Shown piece after piece: positions 10,359 through 26,700 of a stretch of DNA of 64,000 bases. Position numbers and translations under genes: made by a program. Within the stretch, counting starts at the first letter, position 1. The number at the start of each line of letters is the position of its first letter. The notes beneath the pieces are model-generated. The model ran no database searches. It was given only the letters and a program-made list of their open reading frames with translations, and was not told where the DNA came from. Origin of the DNA: Balanoglossus misakiensis (lineage: Eukaryota > Animalia > Hemichordata); NCBI GenBank assembly GCA_040954595.2, contig CM082580.2, positions 7,790,390 to 7,854,389 on the forward strand, written 5' to 3'.

Positions 10359-12650
10359 CTAATCGAAGTCGTACACGGCCTTGTCTTTGCCAAGTATGTA
10401 CAAAGAATAAAACTTCACAAATATTTCCGTTGGAAGAAAGAGTGTTTTCACGATCTCGTCTTGCAACATTCGCGACATCCAGGCTTTCAGAGCGGGTATA
10501 TCGAACTGCATCATGTCGGAGCTGGTAAGTTTTCCCAGACACTCAAGTCTCTCAAACCAAGGCCAGATGTTGTAGTCCAGCATTCCAGGTTCACTACCTG
10601 CAAACAAAGAAGTATTGCGTCACCTAAAACCACGCCCCCATTTTCAGGCACGACGACCTGTCCAATACGTGTATCGATTCCCTGGTCCAGTCATCTCTTA
10701 GTACCTCCATGGTCCAGTTTAGGGGCAACGTCAAAAGTTCGGCGAGCCACTGGAACAAGCTAATCACACACACACACACACACACCAGACACACCTCTAA
10801 ACAGACAGCAGTAAACATTGCTTCACGTACCTCCGAAAAAATCCGTTCCCCGTTTTACCAGATCTGCTTCAAGTCGCGCCAATCTATCGCAAAATTTCTT
10901 TTTGGCCTCTTCGTCGGCACCCTTTGACCTCATGAATCTGTAGTATGCTGGAAGAGTCTTAAAAACACGTAAAGCTATGAAAATACTCTTGTACTCAGGG
11001 AAAAAACAATGTTACATTTTTCATAAACCTGGCCGTGATGGGATTACAGTACCAATCGGATACATCAAACTCACAAAAAAAGTCGGAGACACATATTTTC
11101 GGAACTGTACTGGTTTAAATCGGGGTTTGAAATGCAGATCGCTATTTTGCCCCGGGGGCAAGACCCCAATCTCAGACTCACCTAAACTCGTAAATCAAGG
11201 CAACAACATCGACAACAATATAGCTCTTTTCAGCGACAGTGTGTGAAGTTATTGCGCTTTATCCAAACCGATGACTCCAGAACCAAAGCAAAATGTAAAA
11301 TTTTTCCTACCTTGCCGTCGTACTCGCTGATGAGAATTCGATCTCTGGCTCTTTGGAGAGGAGAGCTTGCACTCAAAGTCTTCTCCGGGAACGCCTCGTC
11401 CAAATAATCGTTTACGATCAAGGATTCGTAGATGACGTTGCCGTTCTGCTCGAAAACGGGCACGGCGCCGTAGGGGTTTCGTTCCAGGAGCCATTCTGGT
11501 TTCTCCGACAAGTTACAGTTGACGGTATTGAACCTGTAACGACAACCAGGGACTTTTGGGGTGCGGTAATATAACACGATTCGAGCGTCTGGTAAATATT
11601 GTCAGTCGACTGTGTCCTTTCTGTACTTACGATTTGACACTGTTACCCGGAGTTACAAAAAGTTCGATTCTCTGCACCCACTTAACAATTTCAGTGATTT
11701 GTAGCTAAAAAGTTTTCAGCAAAAATGTCATTCTTCCAAACAAATGTACTCAGACACTAACTTTATACCCTTGGCAGTAAGAACCAAGCGACTCCTCTCC
11801 GCATACGGACAAAACTTCATACTGAAGAGTCGGATGGCGCCATCCTCCAGAGGCGGCAATGCCGAACCTGTAAGACCAAGATCAGCCGAAAATTATTCGA
11901 CCCAATAATTTTGGACCAAAAATGACGACTTCGATCGATACGCAAAACTCGCAACATTATTCGACGCCTGGCGAAATAGAATTTCACGTTTCCAAAAACA
12001 CCACACACCCCCCCCCCCCTCTCTCTCTCTCTCTCTCGCTCGCTCTCTCTCTCTCTCTCTCAGTTGCATGTGCAAATTCTTTTTTTAACAAACTGTACCA
12101 AGGTCGACATAATCGTATAACAGGGTCACCGTGTCATTGCAAGGACAATAGTATTGGGATACTACAACTAGTTCACATTGACCTCTTTGACTGTTTCAAG
12201 GTTGTTTACAGGACTACGCTCAGTCGTCTCCAGTCGTCTTTACATGATGTAGGCCTATCCATGGTACCAAAGAAAAAAGCCTGCAGTGACACTTTAAAAA
12301 TACAATGACCGGGTCAAATCTCGATTTTTTCCGTACGAACTGTGCATGTCTTCATGAATGTCATATATTAGTAACTGAAACAAACTGCAAATTATCGTAA
12401 TTTCGAAACAAACTGCAGTACGTTGGCACCGGGCCTTGCATATGTCAGAGAATGACATGGGATGCACATATTATGCACCTTTTTGTAGGATCTGGAAATG
12501 AAAAGGTGAACGACAAACAAAACGGATCTGAACATCATCATTCTTAGTCTGGGTCGACGTCTGTTGTCCATTCGCGCATTTTCGGCCAGAGAGTCAGACC
12601 CCTGGGGCACGCAGGCAGATCTTACCTCGAGCAAGATGAACCTCAGACAT
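10359..12650 (-). CDS. GSTO1: Glutathione S-transferase omega; exons 12650-12626, 11867-11762, 11533-11311, 10957-10831, 10597-10359
   Basis: [81 protein letters not shown]; FCPY active site; the paralog number is nominal. Confidence 0.92.
12009..12061. repeat. poly-C/(CT)n microsatellite in GSTO intron 1
   Basis: cccccccccccctctctctctc... seen directly. Confidence 0.85.
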
Positions 12651-13957
12651 GTCAAGTCTTAGAATGAAGAGAAAGCACAGCAATTGTCTTGAATCGGTTT
12701 TGTTTCAGACAACTCTCAGTGGGCGGATAGCGAACAGTGTAATCTCACCGATGTCTGATCACAATTTCTATGCATATGAACTGACTGTGACGTATATCTG
12801 GGTCAATAGCAGTGCGAGAATGCTATTCTCCCACCATAATAGTCTATACATGGTCGTCTGTCCCATTTCTACCGATGGCTGCGCTGTACTACAAGAATCA
12901 CCGTCCCGTACATTCAGCTAAACGAAATGAAATAAAGATCATCACACATTTCCTTTTATGTACAAAATGAGCAAATCAATAGGAAATAGAATTCATAGTC
13001 AACTTCGTTGGAGTCACAAAGTTACACAAACGTTGACCTCTTTCGATGCTAAGTTTTCTGTCGGTTTCAATTTCTGAATTATGTAATGAGATAGTGTGCA
13101 AACATCTTCATATGGATGGGAATTTGTAATAGAAATGAACATATTTGTGACCCTAGAACATCTCCAAAGTGCATTAATTTCCTATTACACTTTAAATCGT
13201 AACAAAATTAACAGCACACTTTTACACAAAACCTCTCAAGTCTTTCCCATTTTGGTTTTCCAGGTATTTTGCAGATCTCACAAAAGTAAAAGTAATTTTC
13301 GCTAAACATTTCAACGCGAACGTGCATATATCCTTGGCTGCATGCCTAAGATGTTTTTGCATGTTTATCCGTTTTCGCCATTGACGATCAAACACCTGGC
13401 GGTATAGTATGTCAGAAAACGGGATGTCTGTCGTTTAGGGCTCAACTTGAAACACATAGAAATGTGCGACATGGGAGGAGCTGGATCCTCTCCCTACAAT
13501 GGCAATTTTGTTTCCCCAAATATGGTCAAATCATGCTTACAATGCTGGGACTACCTTCTCACCTTTAACATGTTTAAAGGGCGGTTGGGTCGTCACTGCT
13601 TATGAAATACGACTTTTATTGAGTTTTATTCGTTGTTTATCAAAAACTACAAAAAGTGCCATTGTTGTCGTTACCTTTAAGCCGAAGACAGTGAAGAATT
13701 AACGCGATTATTGAATATTGGAGCGATAGAATATACACAACGTATCTATCCCATGTAGAGAAATGTCACGGCTTTCCACCTTGTTTTAAATACATCTTCA
13801 GATCAGCAGGACTTACTCACGTGTCCACCACCCCTATGTTCGAAATCGACTGGTCAGTCACCCTCAAAGGGCACAGCTTCGCACGCACAGTGCTAGTGGG
13901 TTTTACCCTGCAGTACTGACTTGTCAAAGAAAGTTCTCGGCCGGCAACATTACGAAT

Positions 13958-15952
<1,995 letters not shown>

Positions 15953-17707
15953 CATAATGATAATGTCAGTCGTTACGCCTATTAGTCTGCAAAGACACCC
16001 AAAATCTCCTCGCAAATATATTTTTTACGGAAACTAGATATTTTAGTCACGCCACATACTGTGGTGAATTACTCACCATAAGTTATATATACTTTCCACT
16101 ACTCGATGCATATTTTCGCCAAACGTGTTATACAAAATTAAATGTATCTTATTACACCAACGTTCTTATAGCAAAATGAATAATAGACCACTTGTGAGAT
16201 GTAACTTGAATGAATGTTGCATTTATTAATCTTATCCAGACAATTCAAAATTTCATATTTAAGTAATAGGTAATTTTAGTGAGTTTTGTTCAGCTGGACC
16301 CATACTTGCCACTTTTAAATGTATATACCAACGCGTTTGTAAAATTGTAGTGTACATGCAAAGTACAATTATGTCATTGTAAGTGTAAGCGTTTTAATAG
16401 AAAAAAGTATTCTATTATTATTCTTTTCTTTTTCAATTGACAGCGAAACACATTGTTTTTCAGACAGATATAGACATCATTCTGTGACTAACTTTAAAGC
16501 CCCGTGTTATGAAACTTTTTGCTTGTTTTGTTTTCTTTAAAAACTTCCATTTGTCCTAGTTTTGGAGTTTCCTCCACTGAACCAATTTGGCATAGCTTGA
16601 CCAAACTTCGGAGCGATCAGGAGTCATTTGTGTAGTTTTATAGAGGCAGCAACGAAGTACTAGTATTTGTTTCTGAATTATTTACTTATATGTATAAATC
16701 CTTTTATTATTTTCGAGTATGTATCCGTCAATTTTGATAACCAGCTAATACTCACCTCTTTGTAAGCACACGACACACTTTTTTAATGTAATAAAATCAT
16801 GTAAAATCCCCGTGTGGTAAAGTTTTTTAAACAAAGGGTTCACACAGTTTCGGTACATGAGGGCGGATTTCACATAGCTATGGTACATGTATATCTTCCG
16901 CTCGACGTGAAAAAGAAAGAGAATCTATTTTGTTTTTGAAAGATACTCGGAAATATGTACGAGTAAAATTTTGGGCGAACACACCCCTATATCATCAAAA
17001 TTGCTGTTAAAACTATTTTGCGCCCATCATTGCAACGAAGCTGTCAGGAAATCGTTTAGTTTACAGAAAATGATCTATCACATACTTCGACTGGTAGTGA
17101 TGAGTTGGTATAGTCCAAACTGGCGATCAACACAAATTGCGTAGTGAATAGAATAAAAGAAACGCGTGAAGGAAAACTTATTTCTTTCAGCTTCGTATAA
17201 GCCAATGTTTCGTTCCGACCAGGGTCGAAAATTTTGTCGGATTTTACCAGATAAAAAAAACGTCCAGGAGCGTTCACTGGGAACGGCCTAGTCCACAATA
17301 TACGAATGTGATTTGATAGTTTTTAGTCGAAAATAATCCAAAAGTGTCGGTGTGTGTGATTCATAGAAAATTGATTAGTAAAAGTCGATGTTTTGCGAAA
17401 AGTGACTGTGACCTGCTGGGGTGCACGGTGACGAGTGGCTTTGCAGGTATATAAGTTAACTTTTCGCGAGGTATGACGGGTAATATGAATGACAAGCAGG
17501 GAAATGGTATCGACTCCTAGCAACTTGTACATGTCGGCCATTTTGCGACGGCCTACATACACTCGACTCGCGCATTGTTCCGGTAGTGTGTGTTTCTCTC
17601 ATCGATGTCTTGAGCGGAAATTACTATAGGGAGACAAGAAGCGTGGCTCATGTTATCGGCGTCTTCTTGTGCAAAAAGCGATTGATGATTACGTCGAGAG
17701 AAGCGTG

Positions 17708-20700
17708 ATGGGCTGTGGAGGTAGTACAGATGGTCGGAAGGACGACAAGCGGGACGGTAAATTCGCTCATCGGAAGCCCAAAGTCAGCATCCGAGTGCAG
17801 CCGCAAGTGAAGCCCAACAAAGAGGGGCCCCATATAATATTCGTATTTGGTAAGTCACGAAATCTTCTGTGGATTTAGGGTTCAATTTTTACGACCTGGA
17901 ATGTGTGTTGCGAGTGTGCTGTGCAGTGCTCGACGGAACGAATGTCAACATCATTTTCATTCAGCACCGTGCACTGTCAGCGAAGGGAAACCTCTGTGCA
18001 GACGATATTCAAGCGACTGGTATCCAACGATACGGACGGATGCCAAACCTGATTTATATCACCTTGTTTTGGCGCGATTTCTTCCAAACCATCGAAGTTT
18101 TGTCACTAAACCACGACTTTCGGTGACTGATTATGAATTCGCCAAAAACAGGAAACGCCTACCGAAGTGTTAGGTCAAGTTGCTGGGAGTCTCGGGGGAG
18201 CTAGTCTTCATTTAAATTAAATGTATATGAACAAGGGCATGTTGTTTTCATCCGCGAAAGTACACGGCGCTTCGGATCTTCAAGTGCCCTCGTCTGCATT
18301 ACATTGCTTTAATGAATTTGAAGATTTATCATTGCTGACGCATGCACATATGTTTTTCTTGGCGTATTGGAAAAGGCTATTCTGGCAAAGAGGGGCCGTT
18401 CTTGAAGACTGCAGGCATCCTAAGTTCAGGGGATATATACAGACGATTATCGATTCAACACTAATAAAAATGTGAATTTATAGAGAATATGCCTAATGGC
18501 TGTGTAGGCGAATTTTAAGTATTCCTTTTATAACCACACTTTGTAAATATCTATGGGTCAACTTTCTTTGGTTTCTTGACATTTTATTAGTTCTTGACTG
18601 ACGACCTCCTCTCAGCATTGTGCAGATTAATGTCGAATTTCTTGGGATGAGGGTGATAAAGTAAAAATGGTTATTTATAAGTTTTTAGCAGTTCTCACCA
18701 TACAGGAGCTCTATATGTTAAACATATGTACTATCATCTCCAATGTCCATCTATGGTCCAGTATGTTCTGAATCTCCATTAGCTTTTGCTTTTGGCAGCG
18801 ACCGATAACAGGTTTGCTGTAAAATTAAACATGATCAATGGGACAGGTCCTGATGAGTGATGCACACCATTCATATAAGGTGAAGGACCTTTGAATGGTT
18901 GCCATCTCAACCAGTTCTATTGTTTTCAAATAAGGCATTATTAAAATTGGATTGCATGATTAGCTTTATGAAAACAAAGAAGTAAATAAATCTGGCCTAA
19001 ATACAAATACCACTACAACAGCAGTTGTAATGCTTTGTTTGTCAAAACAATATATTACCATAAATTTTATGGTTGTTCTAATTTTATGTTCAGAGATAGG
19101 GCACCTTAAGCCACCATGCATTTCCTCTTGTTTAACTGACAGTTGGTAAGTGAAAAGTCTGCTCATGAATGAACTATTTCAGGTTGAATTTGCTTCGTTC
19201 CTGTCGCAGCAGACTCTTTGTATGTCTGCGTTTTCACTGGAAACTTGTTAGTGAAATACGCAGCAGGCCACACACAGTTTGCTGAAGTCCCAAAAAAATG
19301 ACCCATAATAAACAGTGTTTGAGTAATCGTTTGGAGAGTGGTATTTCAAGAGGAAAAGTTCATTGAAAGTGGATATGGCTTGTTGTCCGTGGTGGAGTTC
19401 TATTTATTCCCCAATAGTCATAAAATCCTCTAAAGGTCATAATAAAAATGTCAACATCTGTTAAACTTTAGCCGTGGTTGAGGAATGCCACTAGAAATTG
19501 TTACATGATAGATGGAGAGTAAAGTTTTTTCAAAGCTGAAAACTTGTGAAGTTGTCTGTAAGTGTAAGCTTGTGGACGTGTAACATGACAGTGATAGGGA
19601 CGCAACAAGAAAATTTTGTGGGTTATTGTTCCACTGTTGTCAGAAGAAATGGCATCCTAACCCCAGTGTGTGTTGAGCTCGGCAAGTACAGCAGTGTGCC
19701 ATTTCAAATCTGTGAAATGTCAGTGCCTTACTCCAGCATAGCTTAAAGCATTTCTATACTAAACCAGGGAATTTAATTTTACAGATGATAGGAAGTAGAA
19801 TCTAATTTACTGAAGCTGAAGCTCTTACTAAAAATACCCGGAGAATTTGCCTCTGACTATTTGCAACGTTTGTTGAAATATTTTCCTTGATGTAAGGGAC
19901 TGTCCAGAATTTACTTCCAGGGTGGGGCTGGAGGATTTCTTATTTTCCTGGTGATTTTTTTCCATGGCCCCCCCTTGTAAATTGTGGAGGAAATCTGTGG
20001 CCCCCCCTTAAATTTCCTGTTTTTTTTCCATGACCCCCCCCCCTTCCCCCAATATATACATGCATGCTTACAGACTACGACACAAACAGTCTGTTAAGGC
20101 TGCATTTACAAACACCTCTGGAGGGGGGGGGGGCGGGAGAATTAAATGTCTTTTACCGTTAATTTTCACATGCCCCCCGTATACAACCCGAAATATTTTC
20201 AAATCCCCCCTTCTGACCAGCTAAAATTTTGAAATCCCACCCTCCATTTTCTTTCACACAGCAAAACACATCACCTATCTATCTTGTAAAAAAGAAAAAC
20301 AGCGCTCCCATGAAAAGAATTTGAAACTGATGTTTTTCCTCATCAGTGGATATTAAAACTGAACATGGTTTATATTTTTTTATTTTTTAAGTATTTGTAT
20401 TCTGTGTTGGCAGATATTGTAAACCGAGAAGTGAAGGGGGTGGGTTTGGGAGGGGGTGTCCCCCTCCCACGTAAGAAAATTTATAAAATACAGAGCTCAA
20501 AGCTGCATTTTAATGAACCCAAAAGCAAATTAACTTTTTATATACATATATGAATGATTGATGAGAAAATTAACGAATTCTAGTCTGGACTTGAATTGAG
20601 CTCGTCAACAGTAACAACACTGACTGTTCACTGTACATATATGGTCTGTGCTGGCAGGCCAAATACTGGGCATTTTATTATGCTTCACAGAGTAGAACGA

Positions 20701-23700
20701 GAAACTGTAGTAGATATACAAAATAACCCACTGTAAAAATTACTGGAAATTCAAGCTTATGAAGATTTAATACACTTGTGGATTTCATCTGTCATCCAGG
20801 TAGCCATGGTGGTTTGTTTCTTATAAATCAGTACTTCTGGGCAAATATTGAGTTTGTGAGGGGTTTTTTACATGCCCCCCCCTAAAGGATTGTGATTTTT
20901 ATGTCTGACCCCCCCTAATTTTTCTTGGGGAAAATTGGTGGCCCCCCCTGAAAATCCTCCAGCCCCCCCCTGGAAGTAAATTCTGGACAGTCCCTAATGG
21001 CAGTCAGTTTTACACGGCCGGTACTTCAACATAATTTTAATATTGCATGTATCCAGTACAACGGTAATGACAAACTGACTCAATTGAATAAATGGAACTA
21101 CTTGCGATCCATCAGTTACCATATGCAAAACTTCAGGTACATAAAGAACCCAAAAAATGTAATCAGATATTTCAAGCCTGAGATTTTTTGAATGACCCCT
21201 GTCGCTTGCCAGTCCTGCGCCAATTTGGATAGATTCGTGATAGCTGAGGATCAGATGTAAAAAAACAAAATTGTATCAAACTCAGCCTACGGCATTATAG
21301 TCAACTGTTATGGTAATCCACTCTTCTCCTGAAATTCTAGCCTTGATGAAAAATGTTCAGCTGTAATCTGAATTTTCCATTGAATTATGCCAATTTTATA
21401 TTAGCGCAGAGGCGTGCTGTGCGAAAAGACTTGGTTTGTTCGCCTGAATGCTTTTGCGTCAAGAGACCGTTGGTCCGAACAAATGGTTTTCCCGCTGTTG
21501 CACAGCGCGTGTTTGCCAGATGTGGGTCACATTCGTACTTTACTTGTGGAGAACGCACAATCCATGCTGGCTGCTGGGAAGCGTGTGTACAATAGAGTAT
21601 TGCCTGTGTTTGCTAGTGGGTGGGTGTTATTTGCTGTAGCGCCAGGTTGCAATGGGATGAGAAGTTCATGTGGCAGTTTATATCACGAAGAATACCATGG
21701 AACAACTATGATCCATGCCAGTGATGTGTCACCGCTGGGTCATATCACTGTGATATATCTCTGAATAATGTCAGCGTATATGATTCATCGCGAGAATACT
21801 ATATCATAAAGAAAATTATAGCTTTTGGAATGATGACAATCATTGTATTGTAGAAAACACACGAAAATTAGAATTGAAATGAAAGATGAACTTGTACGGT
21901 ATTTGGAAAAAAGTGAAATAGGCATGAAAGTCTGGAACGCCATGAAAATGTGATATGGATTAATGGCATTGGAGAAATAACTACATGTACATACCCAGAG
22001 GGTAGAATTTTGACGAAACTTCAAGGTGCAAATACTAAAAAGAGTGACTTTGGTATTGCTTATACATTTCGTTCCACTTAATGCGATTATTCGTGAATAA
22101 CAATGCATTGCCAGCAGATATGTTTGAAATTTAGTTGTAGATTGTGCTGCATAATGGCATTCCATTCCTGTATTAGAATTGGGTTGTGACCTTGCTTGAC
22201 CCTGCTTTGTACCTCTGCCCGTGGCTGATAGCTGCGTGGTTGCTATGCAACTTTTCATCAACATGGCGCTTTTTGCGTGACGTAATTCAATTTCCAGCCG
22301 CCGTGCCATTCGCTGCGAACGGCTTACGATTGAAACGCTTCTGTGAGGAGTATTCTAATCGAAATGTTATCAAAACAGCTCGCGTTTGGCCGATAGTTCT
22401 GCCGCTCCAAATGGTTAATTGAAACACGGGGGCCAAGCGGTTGTTGATATCTTCCCCGTACAATGACGACAGTGCCCGCGGAGGTCAATTCATTTCAACG
22501 TAAAATGCCAACGCAAGCAATTTCAGAGCCGTTATTGCACCACAGAAATATTGCTTTTGTTTCTAGACATAAATTCTTTTTAGTGCTGATCCATATATTA
22601 AATCGTCAATGACGATTTTGTTGAAAAATAACTTTCGCATAAAGCATACTGAAATGACTTTCCACCCAGAAATAACAAAATCACACCACCCTTTAGAAAG
22701 TACTAATTCGCAAATGAATAAAGTAATAACTGGTCCTATTTCTCTCTGTTTTTTATTAATGATTGTGTACATAGACACAGGCATGTTCCTTGGGACGCAG
22801 GTGGCAAGCTTGGAAATATTTTATTCTTGTCATATTCTGCCAGTGCCCTCACTGTCCCTCGGTTATCATCCAATCATTTGTTGTGTATTTTGCCTGTCAG
22901 TCCACTCCAAGCTGACAAGATTGTACTTCTCGTGGTAATTGCAATTCTCGTTCACATGCTTTCAGTTTTCAGTTCCATTTTTTTTTCCCGAGTGAGCTTA
23001 TTGCGCTTATGGATTTGTATACAGCTTTGATTCTCTCTCTACCTTCCCCTTCAAATGGACACATTATTCACTTCCATTAGTAGTGACAGCCAGCTGGATA
23101 ACGCTCCCCATGTTATCTTGGATAAATGTGCTTGAGTTGGCGTCGTTTTAAGAAGAAGAAAAAACCTGAACACTAATTTCCAAGTAGCCACATGTATTTC
23201 TGTATTGGCATAGATTTTTCACATTGTGTCCCCCCTCCCGGTGGCCGCGATCAGTCTGTTTAGGTATAAAAAGAAAGGTTGCTTTTTGTGGAGAGTGAAT
23301 GGGGGGTTAGGCTCACAAAGGCGACGGGCCGAGACCCACTGAATGTCACCAGCAAAATACAAATCCGTAAATAGCAACAACCGCGGTCCTCCTTGCAATC
23401 CGGGGCGACAATTATTCTAATTGGTGAGGCATCCAGTGTTGGTGTATATTTAACGGCCGTGATCAACTGGGTTCCATTAAACTGCGCGCGTGAAAGCCGA
23501 GCGATGCGAGATTACTGTCGCCATGGTAACATGGAGCAAGCCATCAATAATGACAATAATCATGGAAACAACATTGGCATCAATAGTGGGAATAATTTCC
23601 ACTATCGTTCCTACTAACACAAGGAAATGTTTTTTTTTCTGTATCAGACAAAATAAATGAATAGCCATTTAACGTCAATCTGAGGATTGAATAGGGAGCT

Positions 23701-26700
23701 ATTCTCTTTTAATAGGGTGTATTGTTGTAAATTCCCTTCTGCAGTTTAATCAAGCTTCAAAGTGATGGATTATTGATGTTACAGTTGAGCCTGTTAGTGT
23801 AATTACCATGGTATTAGCCAAACAAATCAACATTCTCAAAATATGAAGGCAAATTCCTGGGGACTGCAGTGCTTAATAAATATTTATGAACCTTCAAATT
23901 AATACTTAATTTTTTCATCACATATTCAGACATTAGCCATATTTAGTATTTTTCACTGTTGAATTGTTTTAGTTTGAGAGCCCGACACAGTGGATGTCTG
24001 CAATCCACGATTTTAACCAAACAGGTTTTATTCTCTGTGGCGCAGTTTTTGTTTTATCTGTTATATTTCACTAACCTTGCCACCTTCATTTCCCCATGCA
24101 AATGATCTGACCCACAGCATGATAATAAACAACAGGAGATCTGACCAGCATATGTTGAAGGTTTCCGTGGAAATTAGCATGGTTGAACAAGCAATCTTGT
24201 CCAATGTGTAGTTGCGTGTGGATGTTGACATATGCGTTTTTCATCTTTAAATGTTATTCCTGAACAATTGTTAATAATATAAGTGGTGCTTATGGTTTCG
24301 AATTCGTGATAACACTGTGTGAATGCATAATTCTTGGGAAAAATTGACATGGCCATTGCACGAAACATACAATTGAAATCAAATTCACATGATGAGATTG
24401 AACCACACGATAAAAGCATCTTAGCAACAAAGGATTTGCAAATTGCAGATTCCAATCTAATCCAATCCAACGAGAGACTTTGAATGACCTAGAGTATTCC
24501 ATCGTCTAATCTTGTAACACGTTTTGATTGTTTGAAATTCCAGGAGGTCCCGGCTCCAAGAAAGGCAGAATTGTCGATGACCTGATTTTGGTCTACGGCT
24601 TCAAACTCCTCATAGCGGAGGACATCATTCTCCGAGAGCTGCCCAAGAAGGTTGCCAGGGCGATAGCATGTGACACAACTCGAGACGTCGCCGAACTCCT
24701 TAGGGTGAGTAGCAGGACAGAGCTGTGAATCTCCCTCCTGATCATGTGACCTGTAAGGTCATCCATAGATGGATGCAGACACATGCGATCCTCTTATTTT
24801 GTTGCCAGTATGTTTTTGTGTGCTTGCAAAATTTTAACAAGTTGCTTGCATACACACTGTGTTTCTCATCGTTGGGCAATCTATTTCTGGGTGAATTATG
24901 AAGACCTTGGGGCTCGTTGTGTTGAAATTTTTATTAAAAAATGTGTCAGCTATATTTCATCCGTACCTTTCCTAGAGTGGTGGAAGTAATAAGCGTACTT
25001 TGTGTTGAAATATCGAGTTCAGCACATGGTGTCACTTTATTAATCTTCTAAGTCTTGCCTCTGTTTTGTCATATGCGAGGAGTGTATTTTGATAAATTCT
25101 GGCAATAATTCAGGCAAGTTAGTAGACCCGTCAGCTTGTGCTTCATACCTGCTGAATTTGATCACATTTGTCAATATTGCAGAACGTAGCATCAATACGT
25201 TTTACAATGCGACATGCCCACCAAACGTACTAGGCATCGATTAGTCCTCCCACGTTGTGCGATGATTATCTTTGGTGCCGAGATAACATTCACTGAAAGC
25301 GACTTGCAGAGTACTTGTTTATTTGAGTGTCTGAAATTGCAATAGGGATTCGGGCCTGTTTTTGGCCCATAGCTGTCCTGGAAGTACTGTAATCAAATTT
25401 GCAGAGCTGTGTTTCGGTGATGTGATTACATATTGACTCCTTTACAGCTTTCCCCCCATTTCAGAATTCTAAAGTCTGCTGCTTTTAAGGCAGGAGTTTG
25501 CCAGCGGTGATGAGAGTAAATGCTTTAAGTCAAAAACCTTGGGAATTTCTTATTTGTGTACAAAAGCCATTTTATGCCATTTTGGGACTTCCAGCCAGAG
25601 TGCTTTGGCGGATTTGATTTTTGTTCAAAACACCATTCCGGTAATTTGTAAATGCATGTTGACTGTGCACATGCTTATTAAAGTGTGCATTGCGTCCGAC
25701 AGAGCCTGTGTTCGAGTGTCATGATGCATACCTGTAATGTGTGAACCAAGTAATATATGGGCATTCTCATGAGACATTTATCACATCGTTTTTGTGTTTT
25801 TATTATTAAAGGACTGCTGATTTTGCACATATGCATTTTACACAGTAGAGATATTGGTTATACGCCCTACATATACTAAAATGTAGTCATTACTGGATAC
25901 ATGTAATTAAAAGAGCTTCTTTTACTCTCTGCCTCTTTTTGCGCTGTCTACACAGGAAGAGCCATCTCATCTATCCCTTGACTGGGTCCTTGAAATGATC
26001 TCTACAGAAATAGAGAAGGATCCAGATGGTCGTTATATAATTGACATTATGCCAAATCTCAGGTTTCTACTACGATGTGAGAAATTCGTCAAAGACTGCG
26101 AATACGAAATAAGTACATTTGAAAATAAGGTAGGTGATTGCTTTCTGTGTTTTTTTAGGTGAAGTACGTTGGTGATAAAACATAGAAGCAAGGTAAAGTG
26201 TCTCTTGGGGAACTGGTTGTTTTAATTAGAAAAGAAAGACTGTGTAACTTTCAGACAAATTTGGTACATTTGCTGAAAAAAAAAGATTGATGCCCTGACC
26301 ATAGAAGTCTCAATTTCTTTGACTGTACTTTCAGAAGAAAAGCATTCATTTATTAAGTTTGCATCATACCTCATGGAAATGCAGATATTTATAAAACACC
26401 CCTTATCTAACTTTATTAGAACCTGCAAGGGACCATATAAATCTTACCGCTCCTGACAGACGTACATAATATATGATGCAATATAATTGCCGTTTCATTT
26501 TAATTTTTACCTGTTCAGGGCTGTTACCCAGACATGGCTCATTTGTTTCCATTTTTAGTCAGCTGTATACAGGTAAACTGTGTACACAGGTCAGCCCACG
26601 GGGAACGTGTCATCATGGATTATTTCTTTATCCCGGCTCTCACCTAAATTTGCCGGTGGTAGCCATAGTTATACAGAACTGTATAATATTTTCCGCCCAG

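Noticed and set aside
12950-13570. Probable old DNA-transposon fragment ending in cctttaa (similar pieces near 16495 and 18490)
   Set aside because: No matching opposite terminus or second copy found in the window, so boundaries cannot be supported
18845-18892. Stem AGGTCC..GGACCT enclosing CTGATGAG (hammerhead or SECIS-like)
   Set aside because: No GAAA core; intronic, and no in-frame UGA selenoprotein candidate nearby
21353-22422. ORFs of 63-174 aa inside AK-like intron 1
   Set aside because: No recognisable motifs or convincing splice context; likely spurious
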